From Patescibacteria group bacterium (GTDB taxonomy: Bacteria > Patescibacteriota > Gracilibacteria > UBA4473), in the NCBI GenBank assembly GCA_965660445.1, contig CBFIAK010000001.1, positions 42,121 through 106,120 on the forward strand: a stretch of DNA of 64,000 bases, written 5' to 3'. Of the stretch, positions 1 to 10,096 are shown in pieces. Under the pieces are notes generated by a model. It was not told the origin of the DNA. It made no database searches and was given only the letters and a program-made list of their open reading frames with translations. The stretch's first letter is position 1; each line of letters opens with the position of its first letter. Position numbers and translations under genes: made by a program.

Positions 1-127
1 CTGCTCGAATACGATTTTTGGGATTCAGTGAATACCAAGGTACCAGACCATCAAATTGGTATTCTTTCACCAAAGGGGTGTCAGCAACTGATTGAAGTGA
101 TGATTGTCCAAACACCGAATGAGCCCC

Positions 128-163
128 AAAAAAAAGGAAAAAAGGAGCGACAATTGTCACTCC
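128..163 (-). terminator. Intrinsic terminator downstream of fusA
   Basis: Minus-strand hairpin GGAGTGACAATTGTCGCTCC (plus 144-163, one mismatch) is followed by T6CCT8 (plus 128-143), about 40 nt past the fusA stop. Confidence 0.7.
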
Positions 164-204
164 TAAAATTTGAAGAATGAGTCGTTGTATACCAATCATA
201 CCTT

Positions 205-2298
205 TTATTTTCGTTCACTAATAATTTTTTCCGAAACACTTGATGGGACTTTATCATAATGAGAAAACTCCATTGAATAACTCGCACGTCCTTGTGTAAA
301 TGATCGAAGATCAGTTGCATACCCAAACATGGACGCCAAAGGAATTTTTGCTTGTACACATTTTGCAAGTCCTCGGTCACCACTTTCTTGAATAATTCCT
401 CTTCGAGACGAAATATCTCCCATAACATCTCCTAAGTAATCTTCTGGTGTGACAATCTCAACAGACATAATAGGTTCCAAAAGAACTGGTTTTGCTTTTT
501 TTGCTCCTTCTTTGAAAGCATGAATAGCTGCTGTTTTAAACGCTAATTCTGAAGAGTCCACATCATGATAAGACCCATCAATAAGCTCTACTTCTACATC
601 AACAACAGGATACCCTGCCAAAACTCCTCGATTAATAGCTTCTGTAAACCCTTTTTGACATCCCGGAATGTATTCATTTGGAATAGAAGCTCCTTTAATA
701 GAGTTAATAAACTTAAACGAAGCATCATCATCTGTGGTTTTGACTCTTGGTCGAATTTTACAAACAACATGTCCAAACTGACCACGTCCTCCTGATTGCT
801 TCTTATGCGTATATTCTGATTCTACTTCTTGTTGAATTGTTTCTCTATACGCTACTTGTGGTTGTCCGATATTTGCTTCGACTTTAAACTCTCGTTTCAT
901 ACGATCCACTAAAACATCAAGATGTAATTCACCCATCCCCGACATAATAGTTTGTCCAGTATCTTCATCCGTATACACTTTGAATGTTGGATCTTCTTCT
1001 GCAAGTTTTTGTAACGCCAACCCCATTTTTTCTTGATCGGCTTTTGTTTTTGGTTCAATAGAAATTGAAATAACTGGTTCTGGAAAGTTCATAGACTCAA
1101 GCACAATGGGTTGTTTTTCATCACATAATGTTTCCCCTGTTTTTGTACTCTTAATACCCACAACCGCTCCAATATGTCCAGCAGGAATTTCTTGAATTTC
1201 TTCTCGAGTATTGGCATGCATTTGAAGCAATCGTCCAATACGTTCTTTTTCTCCTGAATTTACGTTGTACACATATGACCCAGAACTTAAGACACCTGAA
1301 TACACACGCACAAAAGTAATTCGTCCCACATATGGATCGGTTGCAATTTTGAATGCCAAAGCAGCGAGTGGTTCTGTTTTGCTTGGTTTTCGTCTAATAA
1401 TTTCTTCTGCATTGTCTGGATGATGCCCATCAATACTTCCTACATCTAATGGGGTTGGCAAATAATACGTAACCGCATCAAGCAGAGGTTGAACTCCTTT
1501 GTTTTTGAGAGCCGTTCCTGTTAAAACTGGTACAAAATGCCCCTTAATAGTTGCTTTTCGAATTCCTGCTCGAATTTCATCGACTGTTAACTCACTACCC
1601 TCAAGATATTTTTCCATCAATGCTTCATCCGTAGTTGCAATCGCTTCTAACATTTTCCCTCTCCATTCTTGTGCAACTTTCATTTCTTCAGCGGGAACAT
1701 CAATTACTTCTAGTTCTTTTCCTGCATCATCATGATAAATAGTCGCTTTCATTTCTACTAAGTCAATAATCCCTTGAAACTGAGACTCTATTCCAATGGG
1801 AAGCTGAATAGGATATGCATCTTTCGTAAGTCGCTCAATAATCGATTCGTATGAACGCCAAAAACTCGCCCCTGTTCGATCAAGTTTATTGATAAAACAC
1901 ATTCGAGGAACTTTATACGTATCAGCTTGTCGCCATACAGTTTCTGATTGTGGCTCAACACCCGCAACACCATCAAACACACAAACCGCTCCATCAAGGA
2001 CTCGAAGTGATCGCTCTACTTCTACCGTAAAATCAACGTGCCCAGGTGTATCGATAATATTAATCTGACAATCTTGCCAAAAACAAGTTGTTGCCGCAGA
2101 AGTAATAGTAATTCCACGCTCTTGTTCTTGTTCCATCCAGTCCATAGTTGCCTGACCATCATGAACTTCCCCAATTTTATGTGACCGTCCTGTATAAAAC
2201 AAGATTCGTTCGGTTACAGTGGTTTTTCCAGCATCAATATGGGCAATAATCCCGATATTTCGCACTTTGTCTAATGAGTAATGTTGAGGTTTTGACAT
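205..2298 (-). CDS. fusA: Translation elongation factor G
   Basis: GTPase motifs [17 protein letters not shown] and NKLD, with full-length EF-G architecture. The track start at 2304 is TTG; the first ATG at 2298 (MSKPQHY) is preferred. Confidence 0.95.
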   Translation of the reverse strand: MSKPQHYSLDKVRNIGIIAHIDAGKTTVTERILFYTGRSHKIGEVHDGQATMDWMEQEQERGITITSAATTCFWQDCQINIIDTPGHVDFTVEVERSLRVLDGAVCVFDGVAGVEPQSETVWRQADTYKVPRMCFINKLDRTGASFWRSYESIIERLTKDAYPIQLPIGIESQFQGIIDLVEMKATIYHDDAGKELEVIDVPAEEMKVAQEWRGKMLEAIATTDEALMEKYLEGSELTVDEIRAGIRKATIKGHFVPVLTGTALKNKGVQPLLDAVTYYLPTPLDVGSIDGHHPDNAEEIIRRKPSKTEPLAALAFKIATDPYVGRITFVRVYSGVLSSGSYVYNVNSGEKERIGRLLQMHANTREEIQEIPAGHIGAVVGIKSTKTGETLCDEKQPIVLESMNFPEPVISISIEPKTKADQEKMGLALQKLAEEDPTFKVYTDEDTGQTIMSGMGELHLDVLVDRMKREFKVEANIGQPQVAYRETIQQEVESEYTHKKQSGGRGQFGHVVCKIRPRVKTTDDDASFKFINSIKGASIPNEYIPGCQKGFTEAINRGVLAGYPVVDVEVELIDGSYHDVDSSELAFKTAAIHAFKEGAKKAKPVLLEPIMSVEIVTPEDYLGDVMGDISSRRGIIQESGDRGLAKCVQAKIPLASMFGYATDLRSFTQGRASYSMEFSHYDKVPSSVSEKIISERK

Positions 2299-2339
2299 AG
2301 TCAATAAAAATTAAAAAAATACAGCTAAAAATCGTGTGG

Positions 2340-2367
2340 ATTGTAAAAAGTGTTCTAAAAATGTCAA
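2340..2367 (-). promoter_or_regulatory. Sigma70-like promoter for fusA (TTGACA-16-TACAAT)
   Basis: On the minus strand TTGACA (plus 2362-2367), a 16-nt spacer, then TACAAT (plus 2340-2345), about 35 nt upstream of the fusA ATG. Confidence 0.55.
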
Positions 2368-2423
2368 TACAATCCAAGAGAGCATACCAAAAGAACCCAA
2401 AAAAAAGAAACCAAATTATTCCC

Positions 2424-2864
2424 TTAACGGTTTGAAAACGATTTCAAGAGAGTATCAAGTTTTTTCTGTCCCTCAACATACAATTCTTCAATATACGAAC
2501 GAGAAGCATTATATAATTCATCTATTTTTTGTTTTCCTTCTTTTGTTTTGTATTCAGCCGTTGTTTTTGCTTTTTCATACCAAGCCTGTAGATCAATCAT
2601 CATTGTTTGATATTTATGAGATAATGTGTTTTTTTGTTTCTCATAATATTGCGATGTAGCATCTGCTTGTTTTTCCACGCAAGCCTCAACCTCAGCTTGA
2701 TACACATTCACCGCCTCTATACCAGAATCCCAAAAAGATGACAATGAACCAGACAATGAATCAAGCTGGCTCTGCACTTGCTTATTTGCTGTTTCATACA
2801 TTTTTTTTGCTGATTCATACCATGATTCGGCTGTATCACGATTATTGTTTTCTAAAGGAGGCAT
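2424..2864 (-). CDS. Hypothetical helical/coiled-coil protein (147 aa)
   Basis: ORF 2424..3098 trimmed to the internal ATG at 2864, because the longer form overlaps smpB and its N-terminus is low complexity. No family recognised. Confidence 0.45.
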   Translation of the reverse strand: MPPLENNNRDTAESWYESAKKMYETANKQVQSQLDSLSGSLSSFWDSGIEAVNVYQAEVEACVEKQADATSQYYEKQKNTLSHKYQTMMIDLQAWYEKAKTTAEYKTKEGKQKIDELYNASRSYIEELYVEGQKKLDTLLKSFSNR

Positions 2865-2974
2865 ATAAAAAGAATTTAAGAATTCAATAGAAATAATACC
2901 AGAAAAAGAAAAACAAACAAACCTAAAAAAAGCCACTTGAAGCAAAATAAAAACTATGATACACATAAAAGACA

Positions 2975-3412
2975 ATGATTCAGAATAAAAAAGCTTTTTT
3001 TGATTATGACATCCAAGACACACTGCTTGCGGGAATGGTTCTTCAAGGATGGGAAGTGAAATCAATTCGCAATCAAAACGCTCATATAAAAGGAGCATGG
3101 ATTAAGATTCGAAACGGAGAAGCTTTTTTAGAAAATTTTCAGATAAATCCATACAAATTTGCCCCTGAGTCAAAGCAAACTACAACACAAGTAAAACTAT
3201 TATTGAAGAAAAAAGAAATAGATTCGCTTGAACGAAAAATAAAGGAAAAAAACATGAGTCTTGTTCCGTTACGTATTCTTGATCGATCAAAACATATCAA
3301 GTGTGAGATCGGTATTGGGAAAGGACGAAAAAAATACGAAAAACGAAACGTTTTAAAAGAACGAACTGAAAAACGAGAAATTGCACAAAAATTGAAAAAA
3401 TTTCGAACATAA
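2975..3412 (+). CDS. smpB: SsrA-binding protein SmpB
   Basis: 145 aa. The start KKAFFDYDI..LLAGMVLQGWEVKSIR..AWI and the basic C-terminal tail are typical of SmpB. Confidence 0.9.
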   Translation: MIQNKKAFFDYDIQDTLLAGMVLQGWEVKSIRNQNAHIKGAWIKIRNGEAFLENFQINPYKFAPESKQTTTQVKLLLKKKEIDSLERKIKEKNMSLVPLRILDRSKHIKCEIGIGKGRKKYEKRNVLKERTEKREIAQKLKKFRT

Positions 3413-3425
3413 GTAGTATCAAAAT

Positions 3426-3887
3426 ATGAAAGAACCAAAAAAGCTGTCACTTGCGGAATCAAAAGTTATTGATTCTCGAACGGCCAACAATGGTCAAATT
3501 ATTCGACGTCGTCGCGAATGCCTCCACACTGGACAACGCTTCACAACCTTTGAACGTATTCAAACATCAAACCTTATTGTTCTGAAACGAGATGGAACAT
3601 CTGAACCATATGATCGAGAAAAACTCGAGAAAGGGATTATGATATCCTGCGGAAAAAGAGCTATATCGATCAATATTATTCATGCCCAACTTTCAGAACT
3701 CGAAGAAAAATGGAGCCAAAAAGGAAGTGTTGAATCACAACAAATTGGAGAGGATATTATGAAAATGTTAAAAAAAATAGATGATGTGGCTTATATCAGA
3801 TTCGCTTCAGTCTACAAAAAATTTCAAGATATTGAAACGTTTAAGAAAGCACTTGATGAAGTTCTTGAAAAACACAACGAGTCATAG
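3426..3887 (+). CDS. nrdR: NrdR-family transcriptional repressor with degenerate zinc ribbon
   Basis: The VIDSR..RRRRxC..RFTTFE core and an ATP-cone with VAYIRFASVYKKFQDIETF are present. Three of the four expected zinc-ribbon cysteines are absent, and an in-frame stop at 3411-3413 rules out an N-terminal extension. Confidence 0.8.
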   Translation: MKEPKKLSLAESKVIDSRTANNGQIIRRRRECLHTGQRFTTFERIQTSNLIVLKRDGTSEPYDREKLEKGIMISCGKRAISINIIHAQLSELEEKWSQKGSVESQQIGEDIMKMLKKIDDVAYIRFASVYKKFQDIETFKKALDEVLEKHNES

Positions 3888-3939
3888 ATTTTAAAAAAAG
3901 TTCTGTTGTTTTTTTCTTCTTCTTTCATACTATAACAGC

Positions 3940-4503
3940 ATGGATATAATATTTATTGGTATACAAGGATCAGGAAAAGGCACTCAAGCACGATTATTAC
4001 AAGAAAAAAAGGGGTATGCTCTTTTTGAAACAGGTGCTCAATTGCGCTCTATAAGTCAAGAAAACTCAGTACTCGGAAAAAAGATAAAAAAAATTATTGA
4101 GAATGGAAATCTCGTTGAAAATGAAACGGTTATGGCATTAGTTGAGACTTTTTTGGAATCACACAATGCATCTCAGCCAATTCTTTTCGATGGGATCCCT
4201 CGTTTTGAAACACAACGTCAATCACTCGAAACACTTCTCAACAATCAAAACCGATTATTTCATGTGATACACATAACCCTTCCTGAATCAGAAGTGCTCA
4301 AACGTCTGCACGAACGAGCTGAAAAAGAAGGACGAAAAGATGACACAAAAGAAGCAATTCAAACACGAATTCAGCATTTTTATACATACACACAACCACT
4401 CATCGATACATGGAAAAAAGAAAACAAAATAACAACTATTAATGGAGACCGACCACTCCAAGATGTTCATACAGACATTCTTTCTCTCATCAATTCACTG
4501 TAG
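3940..4503 (+). CDS. adk: Adenylate kinase (short type)
   Basis: 187 aa with P-loop GIQGSGKGTQ and an ILFDGIPR segment. No Cys-rich LID. Confidence 0.85.
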   Translation: MDIIFIGIQGSGKGTQARLLQEKKGYALFETGAQLRSISQENSVLGKKIKKIIENGNLVENETVMALVETFLESHNASQPILFDGIPRFETQRQSLETLLNNQNRLFHVIHITLPESEVLKRLHERAEKEGRKDDTKEAIQTRIQHFYTYTQPLIDTWKKENKITTINGDRPLQDVHTDILSLINSL

Positions 4504-4511
4504 ATTTATTC

Positions 4512-5261
4512 ATGAAAATTATCCCAAAGACTCCAGAACAGATTCAACTCATGAGACAAGCGGGTACTATCTGGCGTGAAACAATTGAGGTATTAAAAAA
4601 ACACATTCAGGAGGGAACAACGCTTCTTTCTTTAGATGCTATTGCAGAAGAAACAATCCGAAGCAAAAATGCCATTCCTGCTTTCAAAGACTTTGAAGGA
4701 TTTCCAAACACGCTCTGCACAATGCTCAATAGTGAAGTTGTTCATGGAATTCCTGATAATCGAACACTCAAAAATGGAGATTTACTCACCATTGATGGCG
4801 GATGCATTTATAAAGGATGGTATAGTGATGCCGCTTTTAGTATAATTGTAGGTGGCGATGAAATGAATCCCGCACGAGCTCGGTTTTCAAAAACAGTATA
4901 CCAAGCACTTCAACAAGGCTGTCAAATGGCTCGCACAGGTAATACCCTCGGAGATATTGGCTGGGCGATTGAAAAACATATTACTGAAAACGGATATACG
5001 CTGTGTAAAGAATACACGGGGCACGGTATTGGTATGTCTATGCATGAAGAACCATATGTCTATAATTATGGAAACCGTCATGAAGGTATGAAACTGCGCA
5101 CAGGTATGACCTTATGCATTGAGCCTATTGTGACTATGGGGAAACCAAAAGTAAAAATCCTTTCTGATGGATGGACGGTCGCAACACATGATGGAAAAGA
5201 TGCTTGCCAGTGGGAACACTGCGGAGTTGTAACTCCTGATGGGTTTGATATTTTCGTCTAA
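4512..5261 (+). CDS. map: Methionine aminopeptidase type I
   Basis: 249 aa with pita-bread fold motifs VVHGIP, DGGCIYKGWYSD, TGHGIG, EP and WEH. Confidence 0.9.
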   Translation: MKIIPKTPEQIQLMRQAGTIWRETIEVLKKHIQEGTTLLSLDAIAEETIRSKNAIPAFKDFEGFPNTLCTMLNSEVVHGIPDNRTLKNGDLLTIDGGCIYKGWYSDAAFSIIVGGDEMNPARARFSKTVYQALQQGCQMARTGNTLGDIGWAIEKHITENGYTLCKEYTGHGIGMSMHEEPYVYNYGNRHEGMKLRTGMTLCIEPIVTMGKPKVKILSDGWTVATHDGKDACQWEHCGVVTPDGFDIFV

Positions 5262-5264
5262 AAC

Positions 5265-6830
5265 ATGAACACAGAATCCAAACAGAAAACACGAACATTC
5301 AAAAATAAAATCGGTCTTCTTATTGGTATTTTTGTGGTGTGTATTGGGATAGGAATTCTCATTGTGATTATTCCGTTTCTAAAACTCGGTATTGGCACAA
5401 GCCCGACGCTTATTGTACTTATTAACGAAAACGAAGCTCGTCCATGTGGAGGATTTTTAACCGCCTACGGTGTCGTGCAGTTATTCCCTCCTCAATTCGA
5501 AATATCTGATATCTACGCACTCAAAGATCATGATTTTGGAGTATCTTCATTTCCGATTACGCAGGTATCTGAAAAACAATATTTTTGGGATTTAGGGACA
5601 TCAACAAATAAATACGAATGCAGTAAAACCCTCACTGATGCCTACAATCATATATCATCAACACCGGTCACCCAAACAATTCTTGTCCCCTTTGCAAGCA
5701 TTGAAAAACTCCTTAATCCTCTTTTTCCGCTTATTCTTGATGGAGAAAGTGTTGATCAATCAAACTTTTTTTCATTTTTCTCACGCAAAGCCGCAGATGT
5801 AGACCGCCATGACGAAGAAGCTCTTCAGGGACGGAAATCTCCGATGAAAATACTGGCAAAAGAAAGCATAAAAAAGGTTCTCACACACCCCACAGCACTC
5901 TTTTCTGTGTGGAAAAAATCACAAGAAATGATACAAAGTGAAGAGATATTCACTCCACATGCTTCACAAAACTCAAAAGAAACAAGTCCTGAACTTCGCA
6001 TCGTTGAATGGAATCTTGGAGGAGGAAAGAGTTCTCGATACCTACAAAAAAAACTCACAATGCGTATCACAGAAACAAGTCCTCAGCTATGGAATATAAA
6101 TATTACTTTTACAGCACAAAACCACAGTCAAAATGATGCACCACTCGGACAAGACTGGAAGGGTGTTTTTTCGGTACAATTTCCTGATTTTTTATCACTC
6201 ACATCAGAAGAAATATCTGCACATATCCCAACAAATGGAGTTTTTGAAACCAAGTGGTACACAACGTACAGAGGAAACCTTCCATCATTAAGTATAAGAA
6301 CCAACGCATATCAGTCATTATTCGCTGATATTTCTGTTTCTGCATTTCCTCAACAAACCATTCACTCTCACACACTCAACACAAAAGAACATTTCGGAGT
6401 ATTTTGGGGGCAGATTTATGAGTACCAAGCACTGGATTGGAATATTACAAAAGACCAAATTCCACCCTTTATTACACGACATACTATTATTCCAATTAAT
6501 ATCATTGATGGAGCTTTAGAAAACGAAACCAAGAAAGCACAATTCAAAGAAAACAGTCTCTTTGTAGAACTTCATTTCAATGAAGAAATAAACATTATTC
6601 AACCACTTCGTACACAACTAATCGATACACAATGGGAAAACGAACAAGAGGAACACCTATCTCATACACAATATCACCTTTTATCAGACAAAAAAACACT
6701 CTTACTCGCATTTCCAAGTACAATAAAACAAAAAAATGAACGCTACAAAATTCAAGTCGAAAACATAGAAGATCTCTTCGGAAATCGCCTTATTACAAAG
6801 CCTCGAACGGTTATAGACCGCACAGAATAA
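5265..6830 (+). CDS. Membrane-anchored DUF4012-like protein
   Basis: 521 aa with an N-terminal TM helix followed by NENEARPCGGFLTAYG, which resembles the DUF4012 NxxExRPxGGFxGxYG signature from memory. Confidence 0.5.
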   Translation: MNTESKQKTRTFKNKIGLLIGIFVVCIGIGILIVIIPFLKLGIGTSPTLIVLINENEARPCGGFLTAYGVVQLFPPQFEISDIYALKDHDFGVSSFPITQVSEKQYFWDLGTSTNKYECSKTLTDAYNHISSTPVTQTILVPFASIEKLLNPLFPLILDGESVDQSNFFSFFSRKAADVDRHDEEALQGRKSPMKILAKESIKKVLTHPTALFSVWKKSQEMIQSEEIFTPHASQNSKETSPELRIVEWNLGGGKSSRYLQKKLTMRITETSPQLWNINITFTAQNHSQNDAPLGQDWKGVFSVQFPDFLSLTSEEISAHIPTNGVFETKWYTTYRGNLPSLSIRTNAYQSLFADISVSAFPQQTIHSHTLNTKEHFGVFWGQIYEYQALDWNITKDQIPPFITRHTIIPINIIDGALENETKKAQFKENSLFVELHFNEEINIIQPLRTQLIDTQWENEQEEHLSHTQYHLLSDKKTLLLAFPSTIKQKNERYKIQVENIEDLFGNRLITKPRTVIDRTE

Positions 6831-6844
6831 GAATGAAAAACTCA

Positions 6845-6872
6845 TTGACTTCTCACCTCAACCCCTTACAAT
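6845..6872 (+). promoter_or_regulatory. Sigma70-like promoter (TTGACT-16-TACAAT)
   Basis: TTGACT 6845-6850, a 16-nt spacer, TACAAT 6867-6872, 30 nt upstream of the ATG at 6902. Confidence 0.55.
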
Positions 6873-6901
6873 AGACAGAGAGATTTATATCAACCCTCTT
6901 T

Positions 6902-7231
6902 ATGAATTCTCACTCCGAAAAACGAATACAGTTATCGTTTTTAATACAAAAAACGAACACACTGTTAACGACCTATTTGAGTATTATCACCCTCATTCTT
7001 GGATTCCTCTATTTGTTTGGACTCAATACTGTTGCTATGCGTGGGTATATACTCACACAAGAAGCCTACAAAAGCCAAGTTATAGCCCAAGAATTAGAAC
7101 GACTTGATTCCCAAATTACAGCACTAGATACAAAAGAATTTCTCACGAAAAAAACAGAGGCCTCTTTTATGGTTTATAACAATAAAAAAGATTTCTTAGT
7201 ATACAAGGCTCATTATACAGCACAAAAGTAA
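6902..7231 (+). CDS. Single-pass membrane protein with coiled coil (FtsL/DivIC-like topology)
   Basis: 109 aa: one TM helix (LTTYLSIITLILGFLYLFGL) then a heptad-like segment. Topology only, no sequence family recognised. Confidence 0.4.
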   Translation: MNSHSEKRIQLSFLIQKTNTLLTTYLSIITLILGFLYLFGLNTVAMRGYILTQEAYKSQVIAQELERLDSQITALDTKEFLTKKTEASFMVYNNKKDFLVYKAHYTAQK

Positions 7232-7274
7232 TAACAAAAACTCATACTTACAGCGAAAAATCAAGGTCATTTTT

Positions 7275-7302
7275 TTGTCATTTGTTCGAATACCTCTATA
7301 AT
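7275..7302 (+). promoter_or_regulatory. Sigma70-like promoter for clpC (TTGTCA-16-TATAAT)
   Basis: TTGTCA 7275-7280, a 16-nt spacer, TATAAT 7297-7302. It overlaps a GTCATTT direct repeat at 7266 and 7277. Confidence 0.55.
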
Positions 7303-7328
7303 TAAAGGATTTTATAAAAATAAACTTC

Positions 7329-9980
7329 ATGTCTCATTTTGATTCATTTACCAAACTTGCGAAGAACATCATTATTTTTGCTCAAGAAGAAATGCAAAGG
7401 CTCGGAGACGAAAAGCTTTCTACTCAACACATATTATTAGGAATACTCCGCCAACCGAAATCTGTTGGAGGAAAGGTATTACATCAGTTTGGGATTGATT
7501 ATGAAAATGCGTTTCGTGTGGCACAAACACTGGCACACAAAACTGATGGTGAAGAGAGAGGCACCGAGGAAGAAGCAAAAATATTTTCTCAACAAACACA
7601 AACTATCATTTCAGCTTCTGCTCAAACAGCGCTTGATTTTGGGCACTCAATGGTTGATTCTGAGCATATTCTTTATGCTTTATGCCAAGAAAGTAGCGGT
7701 GGAGCTTATGACATACTTGAAACACTTATGGTACCTCCGATGGTGATTAGTGATCAATTAGAAACATTGTTTAAGCAAACAAAGAATACAAATGAAGACA
7801 CGCCACATCAAGACATACAAACAACAACACCAACAGCGCAACAATTTGAGCAATTACTCAATGGTATTCAGGGGATTTTAGTGGGAATGAGTGTCGGAGT
7901 TGGTGAATCAAAGCAAATGGATGATCAACCATTTACCCATATGGATGAAGAAGATCAGAGTATGGAACACCATGCTCGAACACGCAAAAAGAAGAAGCTT
8001 GCTCTTGATTATTTTTGTATAGATTTCACAGAAATGGCAGAAGACGGAAAACTCGATCCGGTTATTGGTCGTGATGATGAAACAAAACGAATGGTACAAA
8101 TTCTCGCTCGAAAAAATAAAAACAATCCTATCTTATTAGGGGATCCAGGAGTTGGAAAAACAGCGATTGTTGAAGGACTTGCTCAACAAATAGTACAAGG
8201 GAATGTTCCTGATAAACTTATTGATAAACGAGTTCTTTCTCTTTCTATGGCAAACCTTATTGCGGGAACGAAATATCGAGGAGAGTTTGAAGAACGGCTC
8301 AAACGTATTATAGAAGAGGCATCAGAAGCTGATAATGAAATCATCCTTTTTATTGACGAACTTCATACTATTATGGGAGCTGGGTCGGCAGAAGGATCTC
8401 TTGATGCAGCAAATATACTCAAGCCTGCACTTTCTCGAGGACTTATCCAAATGATTGGAGCGACTACTGTAGAAGAATACCGGAAACATATTGAAAAAGA
8501 TGCGGCACTTGCTCGTCGATTTCAATCGATTGACGTACCCGAACCATCACTTGAAGACGCTCTCAAGATTCTTAAAGGGCTTAAACCTCATTATGAAGAA
8601 CATCATTTTGTTCGTATTGATGATGAAGCGTTAGAAAAAGCAGTTGAGCTTTCTGATCGATATATAAACGATCGATTTTTACCTGATAAAGCCCTTGATC
8701 TTATTGATGAAACCTGTGCATCACAATCGATTACACACAGACTGAATGGAAAAGAAATTCGTGCACTACGACAACGGATTTCAAAAATACAAACACAGAA
8801 AGAAAAGGCAGCTGTCGATCAAAACTACGAGAAAGCAAACAAGTTCTACCAAGAAGAACAACGGCTTGAAGAAGAGTTACAAGCTTTAAAAACAAAAAAA
8901 GTTGTTGGACGAAAACCTAAAAAAATAACGGCTGAAAACATTGCTCAAATACTGCAAGATATCACCAAAATACCCGTCACAAAAATGATGGATAATGAAA
9001 CCGAAAACCTCAAAAGTATGGAATCTGATCTCAGAAAACATATTATTGGACAAGAAAAAGGAATTTCAGAAGTTGCCAAATATATCCGCCGGTCTCGTAT
9101 AGGGCTTCATGATCCACGCCGACCGAGAGGAGTTTTCTTATTTCTTGGACCCACCGGAGTTGGGAAAACAGAACTCGTAAAACAACTCGCAAAAACCGTA
9201 TATCATGACGAAAAAGCGTTGATTAAGATTGATATGTCTGAATTCTCATCGCCTCATACAGGTTCTCGACTTGTAGGAGCACCTGCAGGATACGTGGGGT
9301 ACGAAAACGGAGGAGAGCTGACTGAAAAAGTACGACGAAAGCCATACAGTATTCTTTTGTTTGATGAAATTGAAAAAGCTCATCGAGATGTACACAATAT
9401 GCTCTTGCAAATTTTCGAAGACGGACAATTAACAGACGGAAAAGGACGACAAGTATCTTTCCGAAACACGATTATCATTATGACTTCTAATATTGGATCT
9501 GAACGATTTAAGTCGAATGCAAAAAATATTGGGTTTAGCACCTCAAAACAAGAACAAGAAAAAGGAGAACAAGAACTCAAAACCATTACCAAAGATGTAC
9601 TTGAATCATTAAAACAGACTTTTTCACCAGAATTCATAAACCGACTTGATTCCACAGTTGTATTTCATCCTTTGTCAAAAGAATCAATTAAAAAAATTGT
9701 GGCGTTACATATTGAAGAGTTCCAAAATCGACTCAACAAGAAAGGAATCACACTGAAAATAAGTGGATCTCCTATAAACGCGTTAGCGGCTCGGTCGTAT
9801 AACCCAGAAACAGGAGCTCGTGAAGTTCGACGTATTATTGCGGATCAGTTAGAACATCCTCTTGTTGAAGCATTAATGCATGGAGATATTCATGAGAACG
9901 ATACCGTTCAAGTGCGATATAACACAAGCACAGAACAATGTGAGTTTCAACGCGTTCTCAAAACCACAAAAAAGAAGTAA
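7329..9980 (+). CDS. clpC: ATP-dependent Clp protease ATP-binding subunit ClpC
   Basis: 883 aa with Clp_N repeats, two AAA+ modules (GDPGVGKTA, GPTGVGKTE), a short UVR-like middle linker rather than a long ClpB M-domain, and an IGF ClpP-docking tripeptide. Confidence 0.85.
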   Translation: MSHFDSFTKLAKNIIIFAQEEMQRLGDEKLSTQHILLGILRQPKSVGGKVLHQFGIDYENAFRVAQTLAHKTDGEERGTEEEAKIFSQQTQTIISASAQTALDFGHSMVDSEHILYALCQESSGGAYDILETLMVPPMVISDQLETLFKQTKNTNEDTPHQDIQTTTPTAQQFEQLLNGIQGILVGMSVGVGESKQMDDQPFTHMDEEDQSMEHHARTRKKKKLALDYFCIDFTEMAEDGKLDPVIGRDDETKRMVQILARKNKNNPILLGDPGVGKTAIVEGLAQQIVQGNVPDKLIDKRVLSLSMANLIAGTKYRGEFEERLKRIIEEASEADNEIILFIDELHTIMGAGSAEGSLDAANILKPALSRGLIQMIGATTVEEYRKHIEKDAALARRFQSIDVPEPSLEDALKILKGLKPHYEEHHFVRIDDEALEKAVELSDRYINDRFLPDKALDLIDETCASQSITHRLNGKEIRALRQRISKIQTQKEKAAVDQNYEKANKFYQEEQRLEEELQALKTKKVVGRKPKKITAENIAQILQDITKIPVTKMMDNETENLKSMESDLRKHIIGQEKGISEVAKYIRRSRIGLHDPRRPRGVFLFLGPTGVGKTELVKQLAKTVYHDEKALIKIDMSEFSSPHTGSRLVGAPAGYVGYENGGELTEKVRRKPYSILLFDEIEKAHRDVHNMLLQIFEDGQLTDGKGRQVSFRNTIIIMTSNIGSERFKSNAKNIGFSTSKQEQEKGEQELKTITKDVLESLKQTFSPEFINRLDSTVVFHPLSKESIKKIVALHIEEFQNRLNKKGITLKISGSPINALAARSYNPETGAREVRRIIADQLEHPLVEALMHGDIHENDTVQVRYNTSTEQCEFQRVLKTTKKK

Positions 9981-10096
9981 GTCTTCAAAAAACATAATCG
10001 TATGAAACTATTACGGAAGTCTGTATACGTTTCATGATGACTGAAACAAGAAAGAAGTATTGCATTTTTTTGAAAAATAGATAAAAATGCTGCACG

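Noticed and set aside
1-180. Partial plus-strand ORF open from the window edge to TGA at 178-180
   Set aside because: There is no recognisable homology. It runs through the fusA terminator hairpin and A-run, and the window edge prevents assessment. It is left uncalled.
81-795. Track ORFs antisense to or nested inside fusA (81..428, 565..795, 594..785), and similar nested ORFs throughout the window inside clpC, rpoB, uvrA, ftsH and other genes
   Set aside because: They lie fully within, or antisense to, strongly supported conserved genes. Their translations are low complexity with no recognisable motifs.
9981-10096. CIRCE (HrcA) operator upstream of grpE
   Set aside because: There is only an ATGAAAC-N20-GTTTCAT inverted repeat and an AT-rich GCATTTTT/AAAAATGC palindrome. 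Neither resembles TTAGCACTC-N9-GAGTGCTAA.
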